Positions 1 through 11,120 of a stretch of 64,000 nucleotides of DNA are shown here, piece by piece (position 1 is the first letter of the stretch; each line of letters begins with the position of its first letter). A program made the position numbers and the translations under genes. The notes beneath the pieces were generated by a model. That model did no database searches, was not told the origin of the DNA, and was given only the letters and a program-made list of their open reading frames with translations. This DNA comes from Chiloscyllium plagiosum (lineage: Eukaryota): assembly GCF_004010195.1 (NCBI RefSeq), contig NC_057743.1, positions 17,068,948-17,132,947 on the forward strand. Reading direction: 5' to 3'.

Positions 1-745
1 AAAGGTTGCTGTGTGGGGTCCGAACACAGCCTGTTAGTCCCTTCAATTCTTTGTTGCTTTCTTTGTTATTAAATAAAAGAGATTATTCCATGAATTAAGG
101 CAGTGCAATATATCCCTGCAATATTCCAGCCTGCCTCTGTGTTGACCTAAAATGCATCCAAACGAACTCACAACTCCAGGTAATCCTGTGTGAGGCATAT
201 GATAAAAGGCACTATATAAATGCAAGTTTTACAAAACCCACAAATCATGGAATTAAACTGCAAGATGCACTACCCTAAGGAAGAAGCGGCCTCGCCAGTC
301 ACGTTTGGAAATCGAACAGCCTTCAGAGACCCACTGGGACTCGAATCCTGTCACTGGAAGCAAACTAATTCCCCTCCGTTCCCCCCCAGCACCCACCTCC
401 CCTTCCACAGGACAGACACACTGCTGAAGCCTGATTTATTTTGCTGATTTTTCTTGGATTTCCTCACCCCCTCCACGCCCCCTGACCTCTGGTTTGACAT
501 TTGCATTTGTCTTTTTGTCAGGTGTCCGTTGGGTGAGCTGGGGGTAACAGGGGAAAGGGGGCACAAAGCTCGGAGTGAGAGCCAGGCTGAGGCAGACCGT
601 GCCTGCAGGCTGCTGGGCTGCAGCGAGGAGCTGCCCTCACTAATTTCATGGTCAGCGAGTTCTGAATTGGAAGTGTGTCAGGTTCAGGGGATGCCGGCTG
701 GATGCCAGGCAGCGGGACCACGCACACAGCAAGGCAGATCGTTCC

Positions 746-1332
746 AGCACACAGACACACACACGGGCACACACAGAGATACTAAGGCACACAGATATAC
801 ACACAGGCGCGCACACATACACACACAGATACAGAGATACACAGGCACACTGATATGCACACAAGCGCACACACACAGAGGCACAGAGATACACAAACAG
901 GCACACAGAGATACACACAGATACAGAAACAGGCACAAAGACATTCACAGTCACGCACACACACAAGGCACACAGATATACACACACAGGCACACAGAGA
1001 TACACACACACAGGCACACAGATATACACANNNNNNNNNNNNNNNNNNNNNNNNNNNNNNNNNNNNNNNNNNNNNNNNNNNNNNNNNNNNNNNNNNNNNN
1101 NNNNNNNNNNNNNNNNNNNNNNNNNNNNNNNNNNNNNNNNNNNNNNNNNNNNNNNNNNNNNNNNNNNNNNNNNNNNNNNNNNNNNNNNNNNNNNNNNNNN
1201 NNNNNNNNNNNNNNAGACAGACACAGATGTACATATAGGCACACACAGAAATACATAGAGACAGGAACACAGTCAGAGAGACAGACACATACAGAAATGC
1301 ACAGAGATAGAGACACACAGACAGAGACAGAC
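746..1332. repeat. Degenerate (CA/GA)-rich microsatellite containing an assembly gap (N run 1031-1214)
   Basis: ACACACAG/AGATAC-type low-complexity units flank 184 Ns; the many overlapping ORFs here are artefacts. Confidence 0.95.
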
Positions 1333-2523
1333 AATGGAATGCAGCCTCCCCTTCTAATAGCAACACCTCAAACCCCCTCCCAATCTTTCCTCCTCACTCC
1401 CACCTCACTGAGCTTAGCTGGCAATAGCCACCCCATGACCTAGTAGCTAATCCCCACATACTAGCCCAGTCTGTACAGACAAGCTGTTCGATCATCGCAG
1501 CATCACAGGCATTCCAAACACATCCTGGGCAGTGTACCTTCCAGCGAGGATCAGCATCAGCAACCTCACACCACAGAAAGCAGGTGACACCACATTTGTT
1601 CAGTATGTGGCAGTGTTTACAGGTTACACTGTACAGCCGCCCCAGCCATAGTTACAAACACTGCATGGAGACCCAAAGGACATGTGAATAGTGGTTTAGA
1701 TCCAGCGACAGAACTAAACTGAATGCACATCCCTCACACTGAGGTCACCTCCAGTGGTCTCTCTCTCTCTCTCTAATGAGAGAGCAGCCCTATGGTCTGG
1801 TAAGACAATGACCAATTTACCTTTAGGCCCAGCATGAAGCCATCATTGTGGCAGACTGTCCTCGTTCATTGAAAGGACAACAGAATTACGCAAAGGCAGG
1901 TGCTGGGCTACATCACTACAGATACCCCGCAATTCTCATTGAAATTCAAGCAGCAAATGGTAACCTAGATATTTTCTAACCAACCTGTTCAGAGATGGTC
2001 CTAAACACTCTGGAACATGTAGGACTTGTACAGCTGTCTATTTCACCACCAGAAGTTTCGATGTTAAATCAGTGGTGACACACAAATGCCAGATGGCACT
2101 GCCCATTCCCGTCAGATGTGATAAACATTCTCTTGGTTAGGGATGCCAATACCAAGCAACAAGAGCCAGATACCACTATAACCAAACAGGTATAATCCAT
2201 AGTGAGTCATTTTGTAAACCTTTTTGTTATCTTAAGCCAGTTCAAATACAGCAAGCAAGATGGGATCTGAGCTGTAGACAGGACAGCAAATCTCTAGTGC
2301 AAACGGGAGAGAGACAGAGTGAGCAGCAGTGATCCAGAGACCATGAGGCCATGACTGTGAGAATATAAGTGAGCAAGATAAAAGACACAACATGAATGTA
2401 GCTTGTGTGGGGATGCTTCAGTGTAATTTGCTGAAACCAAGTGCAGGAGCCAGTGATCTGTGCAAGGGGAGTGAACGGGTTCACATAGGAGTCAGCACAG
2501 CCAAGCCTGTTAGCTATGAGCCA

Positions 2524-2540
2524 GGGTGAATCAGAGGTCA
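2524..2540 (+). promoter_or_regulatory. DR5 RARE-like element GGGTGA-atcag-AGGTCA in DHRS3 intron 1
   Basis: Two nuclear-receptor half-sites with a 5-nt spacer; a second imperfect DR5 (GGTTCA-catag-GAGTCA) lies at 2478-2494. Confidence 0.4.
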
Positions 2541-3005
2541 CCTCCAACACAGAACAGCATTAGCCTTGCACACTTCTATCTGCCCCCCACCCCCGATACC
2601 TCAATCCACCCATCCACGCTAAAGTAGTGAGAGAGTGACACTGTCAGTATTGGGATAGGCAGCGTCATTAGCTGAGGTCAGGAATGTTTAAACCTGGGCA
2701 GAAGTCTGTACTTGGGTATAGCCACAAATATCGCACAATCATGTTGAATTGATAATTACAAACGAAGGATCTAGTTTGATCGTTTTCTTTTAAATCAGGA
2801 GGGGGGGAAATTAAGCAAAACATAATTAATGATCAATGTAAAAATGAAACGGAGGACCGATCCTTAGCAGTTGATTTGGTTAGTTTGCCTTGGGTAAAAA
2901 TAGTTAAGCTGGTTAGGCTACACAGAATGGGAGAGTGTGGAAAGCAGATGCTGTGAACCAGCAGATTAAACAGCCAGGGGCACTGGGGACTGATCTCAGG
3001 ATCCT

Positions 3006-3204
3006 CATGATTTGGAGGTGCCGGTGTTGGACTGGGGTGTACAAAGTTAAAAATCACCAGGTTATAGTCCAACAGGTTTAATTGGAATCACTAGCTTCCG
3101 GAGCGCCGCTGCGTTGTCAGGTGCCACCTGTGAAGAACGCTCTGAAAGCTAGTGCTTCCAATTAAACCTGTTGGATTATAACCTGGTGTTGTGTGATTTT
3201 TTAA
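3006..3204. mobile_element. Palindromic Penelope-derived mini-element, family A
   Basis: Inverted arms (CCAGGTTATAGTCCAACAGG / CCTGTTGGATTATAACCTGG) plus an unpaired ~40-nt tail; 11-bp TSD CTCAGGATCCT at 2995-3005 and 3205-3215. Confidence 0.8.
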
Positions 3205-3831
3205 CTCAGGATCCTGAGCTTGAGAAAGAGAATCCATCTGCTGTTCGACTCCCGGTCACAATTCTTCAAACCTGTTCTTGAAACTGCATCCGCTAAACCT
3301 GTAAAGGGCTACATTTGGCAAAAGCACCTTCCACTTTCAGACACAAGGAATAACTGCTCCTAGCAAGCTGTCGAATGGGGAGCCTGTGCACTGCTGGGAA
3401 AAGCCAGCAATCTGAGAGCATCCAGATCCTGGAAATCTATCAGACCAACTTCCTTCAAATATATAAATTGGAAAATAAATGCAACACATTCTGTGAGGCA
3501 CGGTGACAAATTCAATCTGAGTTTGACTGGGTTTTCAAACTGCTGTTGCTGAGGTCAGACAACTGCAATAAACAGTAAAACAGGTTGTCCCTTTCAGGTC
3601 AAGTGTGTGTTTACAAAATGCCTTGTGTCCCAAATAACTGGCTAAAAATAAATACAGCAACATGCTTGCTGCTGGGGTGCTTTAAGGAAGGAGCTCACCA
3701 GGGTCTGAATGAACCAGTTGCAGCCTGCATAGCGCCCCTAAGCACCATGCCCAGCCCTCCTCCTATGCCCGCTGGACGTGCGTTTCCTTTCTAAGTGGTA
3801 AACAAGATTAATGACATCAACAGCACTCGGC

Positions 3832-3848
3832 TGACCTCCTGTTGAACC
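3832..3848 (-). promoter_or_regulatory. Canonical DR5 retinoic acid response element GGTTCA-acagg-AGGTCA in DHRS3 intron 1
   Basis: Plus strand reads TGACCT-cctgt-TGAACC, an exact RGKTCA-N5-RGKTCA; extra half-site TGAACT at 3861-3866; DHRS3 is a known RA-induced feedback gene. Confidence 0.6.
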
Positions 3849-4097
3849 CGAGGCTGTGACTGAACTGCAAGGTGCTCCTCCAGCTACTCGAGAGAAAACG
3901 AGGCTTTCAAAGCATTCAGCAAACCTTGTGGCGGGGGTGGCAGTATTCCCATCTCTGAGCTGAGAGGCCCAGAGTTCAGATCCCACTTGCTCCGGAGCTG
4001 TACCCTGAGCAATACAGGGAGGACGCAGAACAAGCTAAACACAACACACATCGGAAACAAAACAACAGCAAATAAAGGGGCAAAATGTGAGAGGAAG

Positions 4098-4413
4098 TTA
4101 GATTAGATTCCCTACAGCGTGGAAACAGGCCCTTAGGCCTAACCAGTCCACATCGACCCTCCGAAGAGTAACCCACCCAGACCCATTTCCCTCTGAATAA
4201 TGCACCTAGCACTACGGGCAATTTAGCATGGCCAATTAACCTGACCTGCACATCTTTGGACTGTGGGAGGAAACCAGAGCACCCGGAGGAAACTCACCCT
4301 GACACGGGGAGAATGTGCAAACTCCACACAGACAGTCGCCTGAGGCTGGAATCGAACCTGAGACCCTGGCACTGTGAGACAGCAGTGCTAACCACTGAGC
4401 CACCGTGCCACCC
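4098..4413 (-). mobile_element. HE1-type tRNA-derived SINE, near full length
   Basis: A box TGGCTCAGTGG, B box GGTTCGATTCC, conserved body and (TCTAA)n tail; many copies in the window. Confidence 0.9.
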
Positions 4414-4759
4414 ACAGGCACAAAAAGAATGGGGGTGGGAGTCGGGGTGGTAAAGGACAAAATAAATGAATACAACAGAACGACAAGAAATGGCAGAGTT
4501 ATGACAGAACAAAAGCAAACAGTTTAGGAAAAGTTACTTTTCTTTAAAATGAGTGAATTACGACCACAGGATTGGCGTTTTTATCCAACTGGCGTCAAAC
4601 TGAATTATTTTTTTAACCCCCGCTGCCCCATCCCGAAGTCCACAATTCAGATGCAACCAAACACCATAAATTAAATGCAACCAGTGTGGCCCAATTATTT
4701 CCCTGGTGGATGTCCATGTTAATCCTCAAATCCCGGTCTCCAGATATCATAATTCTCTT

Positions 4760-5207
4760 AGCGAGTTTTGAGACACTACATTGGACAAACAGACAGAAAA
4801 CTAGCCATCACGATACATAAACATCAACTAGCCACAAAAAGACATGACCCACTCTCACTAGTGTCCTCACATACGGATGAGGAAGGACATCACTTCGACT
4901 GGGACAACACATCCATCCTAGGACAAGCCAAACAGAGACACACATGAGAATTCCTAGAAGCATGGCATTCCAACCGGAACTCAATCAACAAACACATTGA
5001 CTTGGACCCCATTTACCACCTCCTGAGAAAAAGAACTGGAAATGACATAATCACAGAAAATGACATCACCAACCCAAGGAATTTAAATACATAAATAAAA
5101 AGCGGGCCATACCACCAGCGCTTCACCAGAGACTCTCACTGATGATGTTACCTAGAATGGTGACGAAAAGTCTGGAAACAAACCTTCCAGCTCAACATAC
5201 ATCCATT
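4760..5207 (+). mobile_element. Penelope-like element 3' fragment (GIY-YIG endonuclease remnant plus hammerhead-bearing terminal repeat)
   Basis: Translates to HYIGQTDRKLAITIHKHQ...HHFDWDNTSILGQAKQRHT*EFLEAWHS; 11-bp TSD ATAATTCTCTT at 4749-4759 and 5208-5218. Confidence 0.8.
5137..5174 (+). ncRNA. Minimal type I hammerhead ribozyme-like motif
   Basis: CA-CTGATGA-TGTTACC(tagaat)GGTGAC-GAAA-AG-TC-TG: conserved core, stem II and a UH cleavage site. Confidence 0.6.
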
Positions 5208-6068
5208 ATAATTCTCTTCCTAAACAACTCAGCCTTACAATGTCTCTTCCTCTCTCTATCAATCCACTTTTCACAAAAAATAAAGTCACTCTGGCCAAGC
5301 TCTTGGCCAAACAGTCATCTTCTTTTTATATTAAGCAGTTTAGTGCCAAAGTCAGGGCTAACAATGCTCCAGTGAAGTGCTTTAAGATGTGTTACTGAAA
5401 TAGAGGTGCTATATAAATGCAAGTTTTGGCTAGTGTCAGAACCTACTCTCTACATCATCAATTGCATTACTGTCTGGAACAGGACAAGTTGGGACACAAG
5501 GAAGGGGCATGTTGATGTTGGGTAATCTCAACTAACTACACTGAACCTCAAAACCCCTCCACCCCTGAAATAATGTCAAAGAGGCATAAACCTGCTGTAA
5601 ACCCCCCCACCCCAGCTCCCAAAAATGGCTCCAATTCAGCAGGGCGGTGGGGAAACGTTGGCTAAGACCAGGTTTAGAGTTGGCTGTGATGCCTCTGATG
5701 GTTGAGCAGCCAGGATTAACATAGTTAACATTAATGGAGCAGCACTGATTGCAAAATCCAGGGTCCAATACATGACTAAAAGAACTCCTAGGGCACTAAG
5801 AACACTGGAGACTAAGTAACTCTGGAAGACAATGGTGGAGGAGGAAGGGATGGGGGAAGGGCTGTAAAACTGGAGCAAGGCAATACAGTACGCATTTTAT
5901 AATCAATGTTAAATTCTTTTAAGATGTGTGGAGAAGCAAAACTTTCGAAATCGCTGATCCTGTTCTATCACTGGGCCAGAATCCTGGAACTCCTTCCCAA
6001 GCAACATTGCAGAGGACCTGCAGCACATTGACTGCGCTGGTGCAAAACCCTTTTTCATGGGAGATTAA

Positions 6069-6375
6069 GGGCAGGCACGGTGGCTCAGTGGTTAGCACTG
6101 TTGCCTCACAGCACCAGGGTCCTGGGTTCGATCCCAACCTTGGGTGACTGTCTGTGTGGCGTTTGCACATTCTCCCCGTGTCTGCGTGGGTTTCCTCCGA
6201 GTGCTCTGGTTTCCTCCCACAGTCCAAAGATGAGCAGTAATTAGCCATGCTTAAATTGTCAATTAGGTGCATTAGTCAGATGGAAAAGGGGTTTGGGTGG
6301 GTTACTCTTCGGAGGGTCGGTGTGGATCTGTTGGGCCGAAGAGCCTGTTTCCACACTGTAGGGAATCTAATCTAA
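6069..6375 (+). mobile_element. HE1-type SINE
   Basis: A/B boxes, HE1 body and AATCTAATCTAA tail. Confidence 0.9.
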
Positions 6376-6753
6376 ATGCTGGCCTTGTCAGTGGTATCCA
6401 TATGCAACCAGCGAGGAAAATTCTTAAAAGCCAAGAAGCTGCAGAGGGGGTTCCTGTATTTACTGAGTGCTGCAGAGAAGGCTGAAAGCATAAAAGTCCA
6501 GTCCCAAATTATTAACTTCATATCACTTGCAGGTCTTCACTTTACTCCAAATGATCTCACAAACCCATGACCCAAACAAACACTTTTGTCCCTACACAGA
6601 TACCAACAACAACCCCAAACTCCTCAAAGAAATTTAAAATACTCCACAAGGCTTGAATGCAATGACTACATGAAGATGTTCACTTGCAGTAATACCAGCC
6701 AACTTCTGCAGCTCTACCTCAAATCTAGTATCAGCACTGGTTCCCTCATAGAA

Positions 6754-7090
6754 AGTTAAAAATCACGCAACACCAGGTTACAGTCCAACAGGTTTATATG
6801 GAAGCACTAGCTTTTGGAGCGCCGCTCCTTCATCAGGTGGTTATGGAGTATAAGATTGTAGGACACAGAATTTATAGCTAAAAAGTTTACAGTGTGATGT
6901 AATTGTAATTATATATTGAAAAAGACCTGGATTGTGTGTTAAGTCTTTTAGAATGGGCATGTGGGTTTCAGTGCTTTCATATGTAAATCCCAGAACTTCC
7001 TTCTCAAGTGAACTTTAACAATAAGTGCCATGTTGGCTCAAATAATGCATTGAAGGTGTGAGGTGCCCTGTGTGAGATTGTCTGTCCATC
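6754..7090 (-). mobile_element. Penelope family A terminal-repeat fragment with a mutated hammerhead (GAAA->AAAA)
   Basis: Same sequence as the mini-element arms, extended; minus strand reads CAC-CTGATGA-AGGAGC(ggc)GCTCC-AAAA-GC-TA-GTG at 6805-6839. Confidence 0.7.
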
Positions 7091-7382
7091 ATAGAAGCCT
7101 TCTAATTAGTTAGCTATAAGCAATCACCAAATACACACCAGCCATGTCTGATATCCATGCTTTACATTAGGAGTCACTGGATTAACCATCACATGCGAGA
7201 GCCCTGATCAATTTCCTTCTGCTCAATTGTACCCAATGGAATGATTCAAGTAAATCCAGAGGCTCAAAGCAATTTAGAATCATTCTGTCTTATGTTGTAG
7301 TATCAACCACTGATGCCAAGAACACTCCTTTCTCCTCACTTAAATTGCCTTATTCTCCCAGTTGCCATGGTAGCATCTAAAG

Positions 7383-8033
7383 TAGACAGGCAGGAGGCTG
7401 GAAGAACACAGCAAGCCAGGCAGGGGGTGCAGAAGTCGATGTTTCAGGTGTAACCCTTCTTCAGGACTGGGGGTGGGTGTGGGAGGGAGCTGCAGATAAA
7501 GGGCGTAGCGGGGGGGGCAGGGGGGTGAGGTGGGAATAGGTGAAGACAGGTAGAGGGTACGACCTGGCTGGACAATGGGAGGAATGGATCCGGTTGGTGG
7601 CTGGGAGGGGGAGAGGCTGGGAAAGGAGTCAGGGGATGCCGAATGGAAGTTATTTGATGTTGGAGAACTCAATGTTGAGTCCTCCGGACTGTAGGTAGCC
7701 CAGGCGAAAGATGAGGTGTTCCTCCTCCAATGTGGGCTGTGGTTTGTTTTAGCAATGGAGGAGGCCAAGAATGGTCATGTCTGAAAGGGAGTGGTTGGGG
7801 GAATTGAAATGGGCAGTGACTGGGAGGTCTGGTCGGCCCCTGCGGGCCTGGCTGAGACACTTGGTCAGCTGTTCCCTAAGTTTACGTTTGGTCTCCCCGA
7901 TGTAGAGAAGACCACATCGGGATCACCTGATGCAGTAAACTAGGTTGGAGGAGAGGAAGGTGGATCTCTGTCTCACCTGGAAGGACTGTTTGAGACTGTC
8001 TACTTTGAATTCCAGCATCTGCAGTGTTTTTTA
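7383..8033 (-). mobile_element. Penelope-like (Neptune-type) element 3' fragment with GIY-YIG remnant and inverted tail
   Basis: Minus strand encodes SFQVRQRSTFLSSNLVYCIR*SRCGLLYIGETKR...HFNS...LEEEHLIFRLG; 18-bp TSD CCATGGTAG(C/A)ATCTAAAG at 7365-7382 and 8034-8051. Confidence 0.85.
7434..7468 (-). ncRNA. Minimal type I hammerhead ribozyme-like motif
   Basis: AGTC-CTGAAGA-AGGGT(tac)ACCT-GAAA-CA-TC-GACT: perfect 4-bp stem I and intact core, downstream of the GIY-YIG remnant on the same strand. Confidence 0.65.
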
Positions 8034-8261
8034 CCATGGTAGAATCTAAAGCCTCAGATTTAGCTTGGACTGTGAGCTTAGTAGATCATGGACATTACCA
8101 CTACTCTACTGTCTCATCTTTACCTTTTCTAATCTTATAATAACATTTAGAAATAGTTAGCCTGTAGTGGGGCACTGTAACAGAGAAACAATCAATCAAT
8201 CCAAGGAAGAAATTAGCAATGGCACAGGATAAGCCACTGTTGGGTCTTAATGAGAAGGACG

Positions 8262-8417
8262 CAACACCAGGTTATAGTCCAACAGGTTTATTGGGAAGCA
8301 CTAGCTTTCGGAGCAGGACCAGCGCTCTGAAAGCTTGTGCTTCCAAATAAACCTGTTGGACTATAACCTGGTGTCGTGTGATTGTTAACTTTGCCCACCC
8401 AACACCAGCACCTCCAC
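8262..8417. mobile_element. Palindromic Penelope-derived mini-element, family A
   Basis: CAACACCAGGTTATAGTCCAACAGG ... CCTGTTGGACTATAACCTGGTG inverted arms with tail. Confidence 0.75.
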
Positions 8418-8499
8418 GTTAATGAGAAGCAGCACTGTCCTTGCAAAAGCAGATGTACTACACATTGCTATCATGGACTGAACAAGTTACATTGTGATC

Positions 8500-8728
8500 A
8501 CAGACTCCCTACAGTGTGGAAGCAGGCCATTCAGCCCATCAAGTCCACAAAGAGCATCCCACCCAGATCCACCCCATACCTGTAACCCTGCACACCCCAT
8601 ACCTAACTCACCTGACCTGCACATTACTGGACACTACAGGGCAATTTAGCATGGCCACCCCGCTCAACCTGCACATCTCTGGTCTGTGGGAGGAAACCCA
8701 CTCAGAGAAGGGGAGAACATGCAAACTC
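8500..8728 (-). mobile_element. HE1-type SINE, 5'-truncated and diverged
   Basis: Similarity to the other HE1 copies (body and tail). Confidence 0.75.
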
Positions 8729-9675
8729 CTGTTGTGTACATCTCAGCGGTGCATGTGGCATTGTTAACCTACTGCCTCAACCAATGATGTTGGCTGCCCC
8801 ACATGAGAACAGTAGTGTTTATAAAATCTTAGCTACCACAAGTCAACAAGTCCCAGTCATTAGTATCAACCTCAGCTACAAGGCTTACCCCATTCAGTCA
8901 GTTTCACTACGTTCTGTTGCTGAGGGATTATGGCATAATCCAGCATGTGGGTGATACTGGTAACCAAAACCTGGAAAATGCTGGCTTTAAGCGATGCCAA
9001 AATGGGTGCAAATGGGATAGTGAGCCACACACCAAAATGGCCCTGAGATAGGAATAACAGACCAGCTTGTGAGCTCAGCATTCCTGTTCCCACTGTCTTT
9101 ACATCTGATGCCAGGGGAGGGAAGGATAGGAATGCTATCTGGCCTCTTCCTGTGGTGGGGATAATACAGACTGCCCCTTGTATTATAGGTCAGGGTCCAT
9201 GGGTACTGAACACATTCATTCCAAATTGTCCAGTCCAGACAGTATTAATAAGCTATTGCACTGGGGGAGGCATCAGAGAATATCCAAGTTCTGCCCAATT
9301 AACCCTCTAGTACACACTATCCTAATGATGTAGTGGTAGTGCCACTACCTTTGGGTCAGAAATTCTGGGGTCAAAACCCACCTGTTCCTGGGATGTTGAT
9401 GTAAACAACTGCTCACTGTCCAGCCAGGACGGGCTGGTTCAAAGGGACTTGTGCCCTGGCAACAGGTCAGTACAAACTGCATGCAAACGGGCAAAAGACA
9501 CCTTGGAGCTAAATAGGTAAGATGTGAGTTGTTGTTTGACGTCAAATGTTGCAAACTATGTTGCTACTTTTGAGAAGCGCAGTAGCTACTGTACACCTCC
9601 AGTTCCTATATGCTTCAGGGATGCGATCCACCATTAGAATGGCAATTCAGCTCAATTACAACAAACCAGAGGTTA

Positions 9676-9846
9676 AAATTCGGAGATGCCGGTGTTGGAC
9701 TGGGGTGTACAAAGTTAAAAATCACACAACACCAGGTTATAGTCCAACAGGTTTAACTGGAAGCACCTAATGAAGGAGCGTCGCTCCGAAAGCTAGTGCT
9801 TCCAATGAAACCTGTTGGACTATAACCAGGTGTTGTGTGATTTTTA
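9676..9846. mobile_element. Palindromic Penelope-derived mini-element, family A, with a single hammerhead core at the hairpin apex
   Basis: ~51-bp inverted arms (9716-9766 / 9796-9846) enclose CTAATGA-AGGAGC(gtc)GCTCC-GAAA-GC-TA; 8-bp TSD AGAGGTTA at 9668-9675 and 9847-9854. Confidence 0.8.
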
Positions 9847-9973
9847 AGAGGTTACAAGTCCTCTATGTTAAGACACCAACATGCAAATCACTCCTGGGAG
9901 ATTCTATGAGGCAAACGCTTCAAATAATTTCAACATTTGTTTTCAATTGTGAAATCAAGTCATATTATACAAG

Positions 9974-10240
9974 CTTGCATTTATACAGCATTTTTTTCAG
10001 AACCACAACGTCTCGGAGAATTTCACTGCCAGCCCAAGTACTATTGAAGTGTAGAGGACTCATACAATGTTGCATCGGGGCAGCGGATTCATGCACAGCA
10101 AGAGCCCACAAGCAGCAATGTGATAATCTGTTTCTGAGATATTTACGAGGGGGTAAATACTGACAAAAATATTGGGAATATTTCACCTGTTCTTCTTCAG
10201 AAGCGACTTGGGATCTTTTACATCTGCCTGAGCTTGGGTT
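9974..10240 (-). mobile_element. Old Deu-domain SINE (SacSINE1/AmnSINE1-like) fragment
   Basis: TTGCATTTATA tail and AAAGATCCCA...GAAGAACAGG-type central domain; related decayed copies near 15575-15870, 18058-18500 and 43385-43625. Confidence 0.55.
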
Positions 10241-10922
10241 TGACCTTTTTTTAAGGACCATCTATTGGAGGACATTATTGCAGGACAGGTGACTGGATAG
10301 AGGGGAACTAATTATCTGAGGAAACTGAGCGAGGTCCACTTTTTGGTCTTTGGGGAGAGAGTTCGAGCTGGCAAGCACCCCTCCAGTATCTCATCCAAGT
10401 GGAATGCTCCATGATCGGGAATGGCGTTTAACCCTTTCAGCACCAGGTAGTACCCAGGCTGAATGGGAAAATGCACGCTCACTTCATAGATAATTGCAAC
10501 ACGAGATGAGATATTTCTTCAACTGGCACTCGAACTGTAACACATATTTCGGGGGGCGCCCTAAACAGTGCATAATGCCTTACGTTACAATCTTTGCTTT
10601 CTTCCTGTTAGGATTATTTTTAAAGAAACCTTAGACGCGGCTGGATCCTCCATCACAGAATAGACATTTTAAGTCAACCCTTTAAGGCATGTTATGACAC
10701 ATCTCTGGTGTAGGCGGGATTTGAACTCAAATCTCCTAGCCCAGCAGTAGGGAGAGGACCACTGCACCACAAGAGCTCTCCCAGCATATGGTACACTGAA
10801 TAATATATCATTGGATAATAATCCGACTGGGTTTAAAGAGATAAATAACCTATTTCGTCTGATGTGGGAATCCAGAATAATAGCTGGGGGGCGGCAAGGT
10901 CACTTATGGAGATATCCTTCAA

Positions 10923-11120
10923 AAGTTAAAAATCACACAACACCAGGTTATAGTCCAACAGGTTTATTTGGAAGCACTAGCTTTCGGAGCGCTGCTCCTT
11001 CATCAGTTGTTTGGAGATTAAGACCATAAAACAAAATAATTTATAGCAAAAGATTACAGTGTCATGCAACTGAAATGATATATTGAAGAAACCTGGATTG
11101 TTATTAAGTCTTTCATCATA
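10923..11120 (-). mobile_element. Penelope family A terminal-repeat fragment with intact hammerhead core (10975-11006)
   Basis: Minus strand reads CTGATGA-AGGAGC(agc)GCTCC-GAAA-GC-TA-GTG; colinear with 6754-7090. Confidence 0.75.

Noticed and set aside
454-1443. 329-aa ORF and overlapping His/Thr- or Val/Cys-rich ORFs
   Set aside because: They are translations of a CA microsatellite and an N gap.
4340-4413. tRNA-like A/B box sequences (also at 6069, 33240, 42660, 47600 and others)
   Set aside because: These are heads of tRNA-derived SINEs with no complete cloverleaf, so they are not tRNA genes.
7361-7374. X-box-like GTTGCCATGGTAGC
   Set aside because: It lies in a TSD inside an intron of a non-ciliary gene, with no promoter context.
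7467-7640. G-quadruplex-like G runs (also 51855-51960 and 38280-38420)
   Set aside because: The first two are the purine/pyrimidine-skewed tract of Penelope 3' regions; there is no independent evidence of function for any of them.
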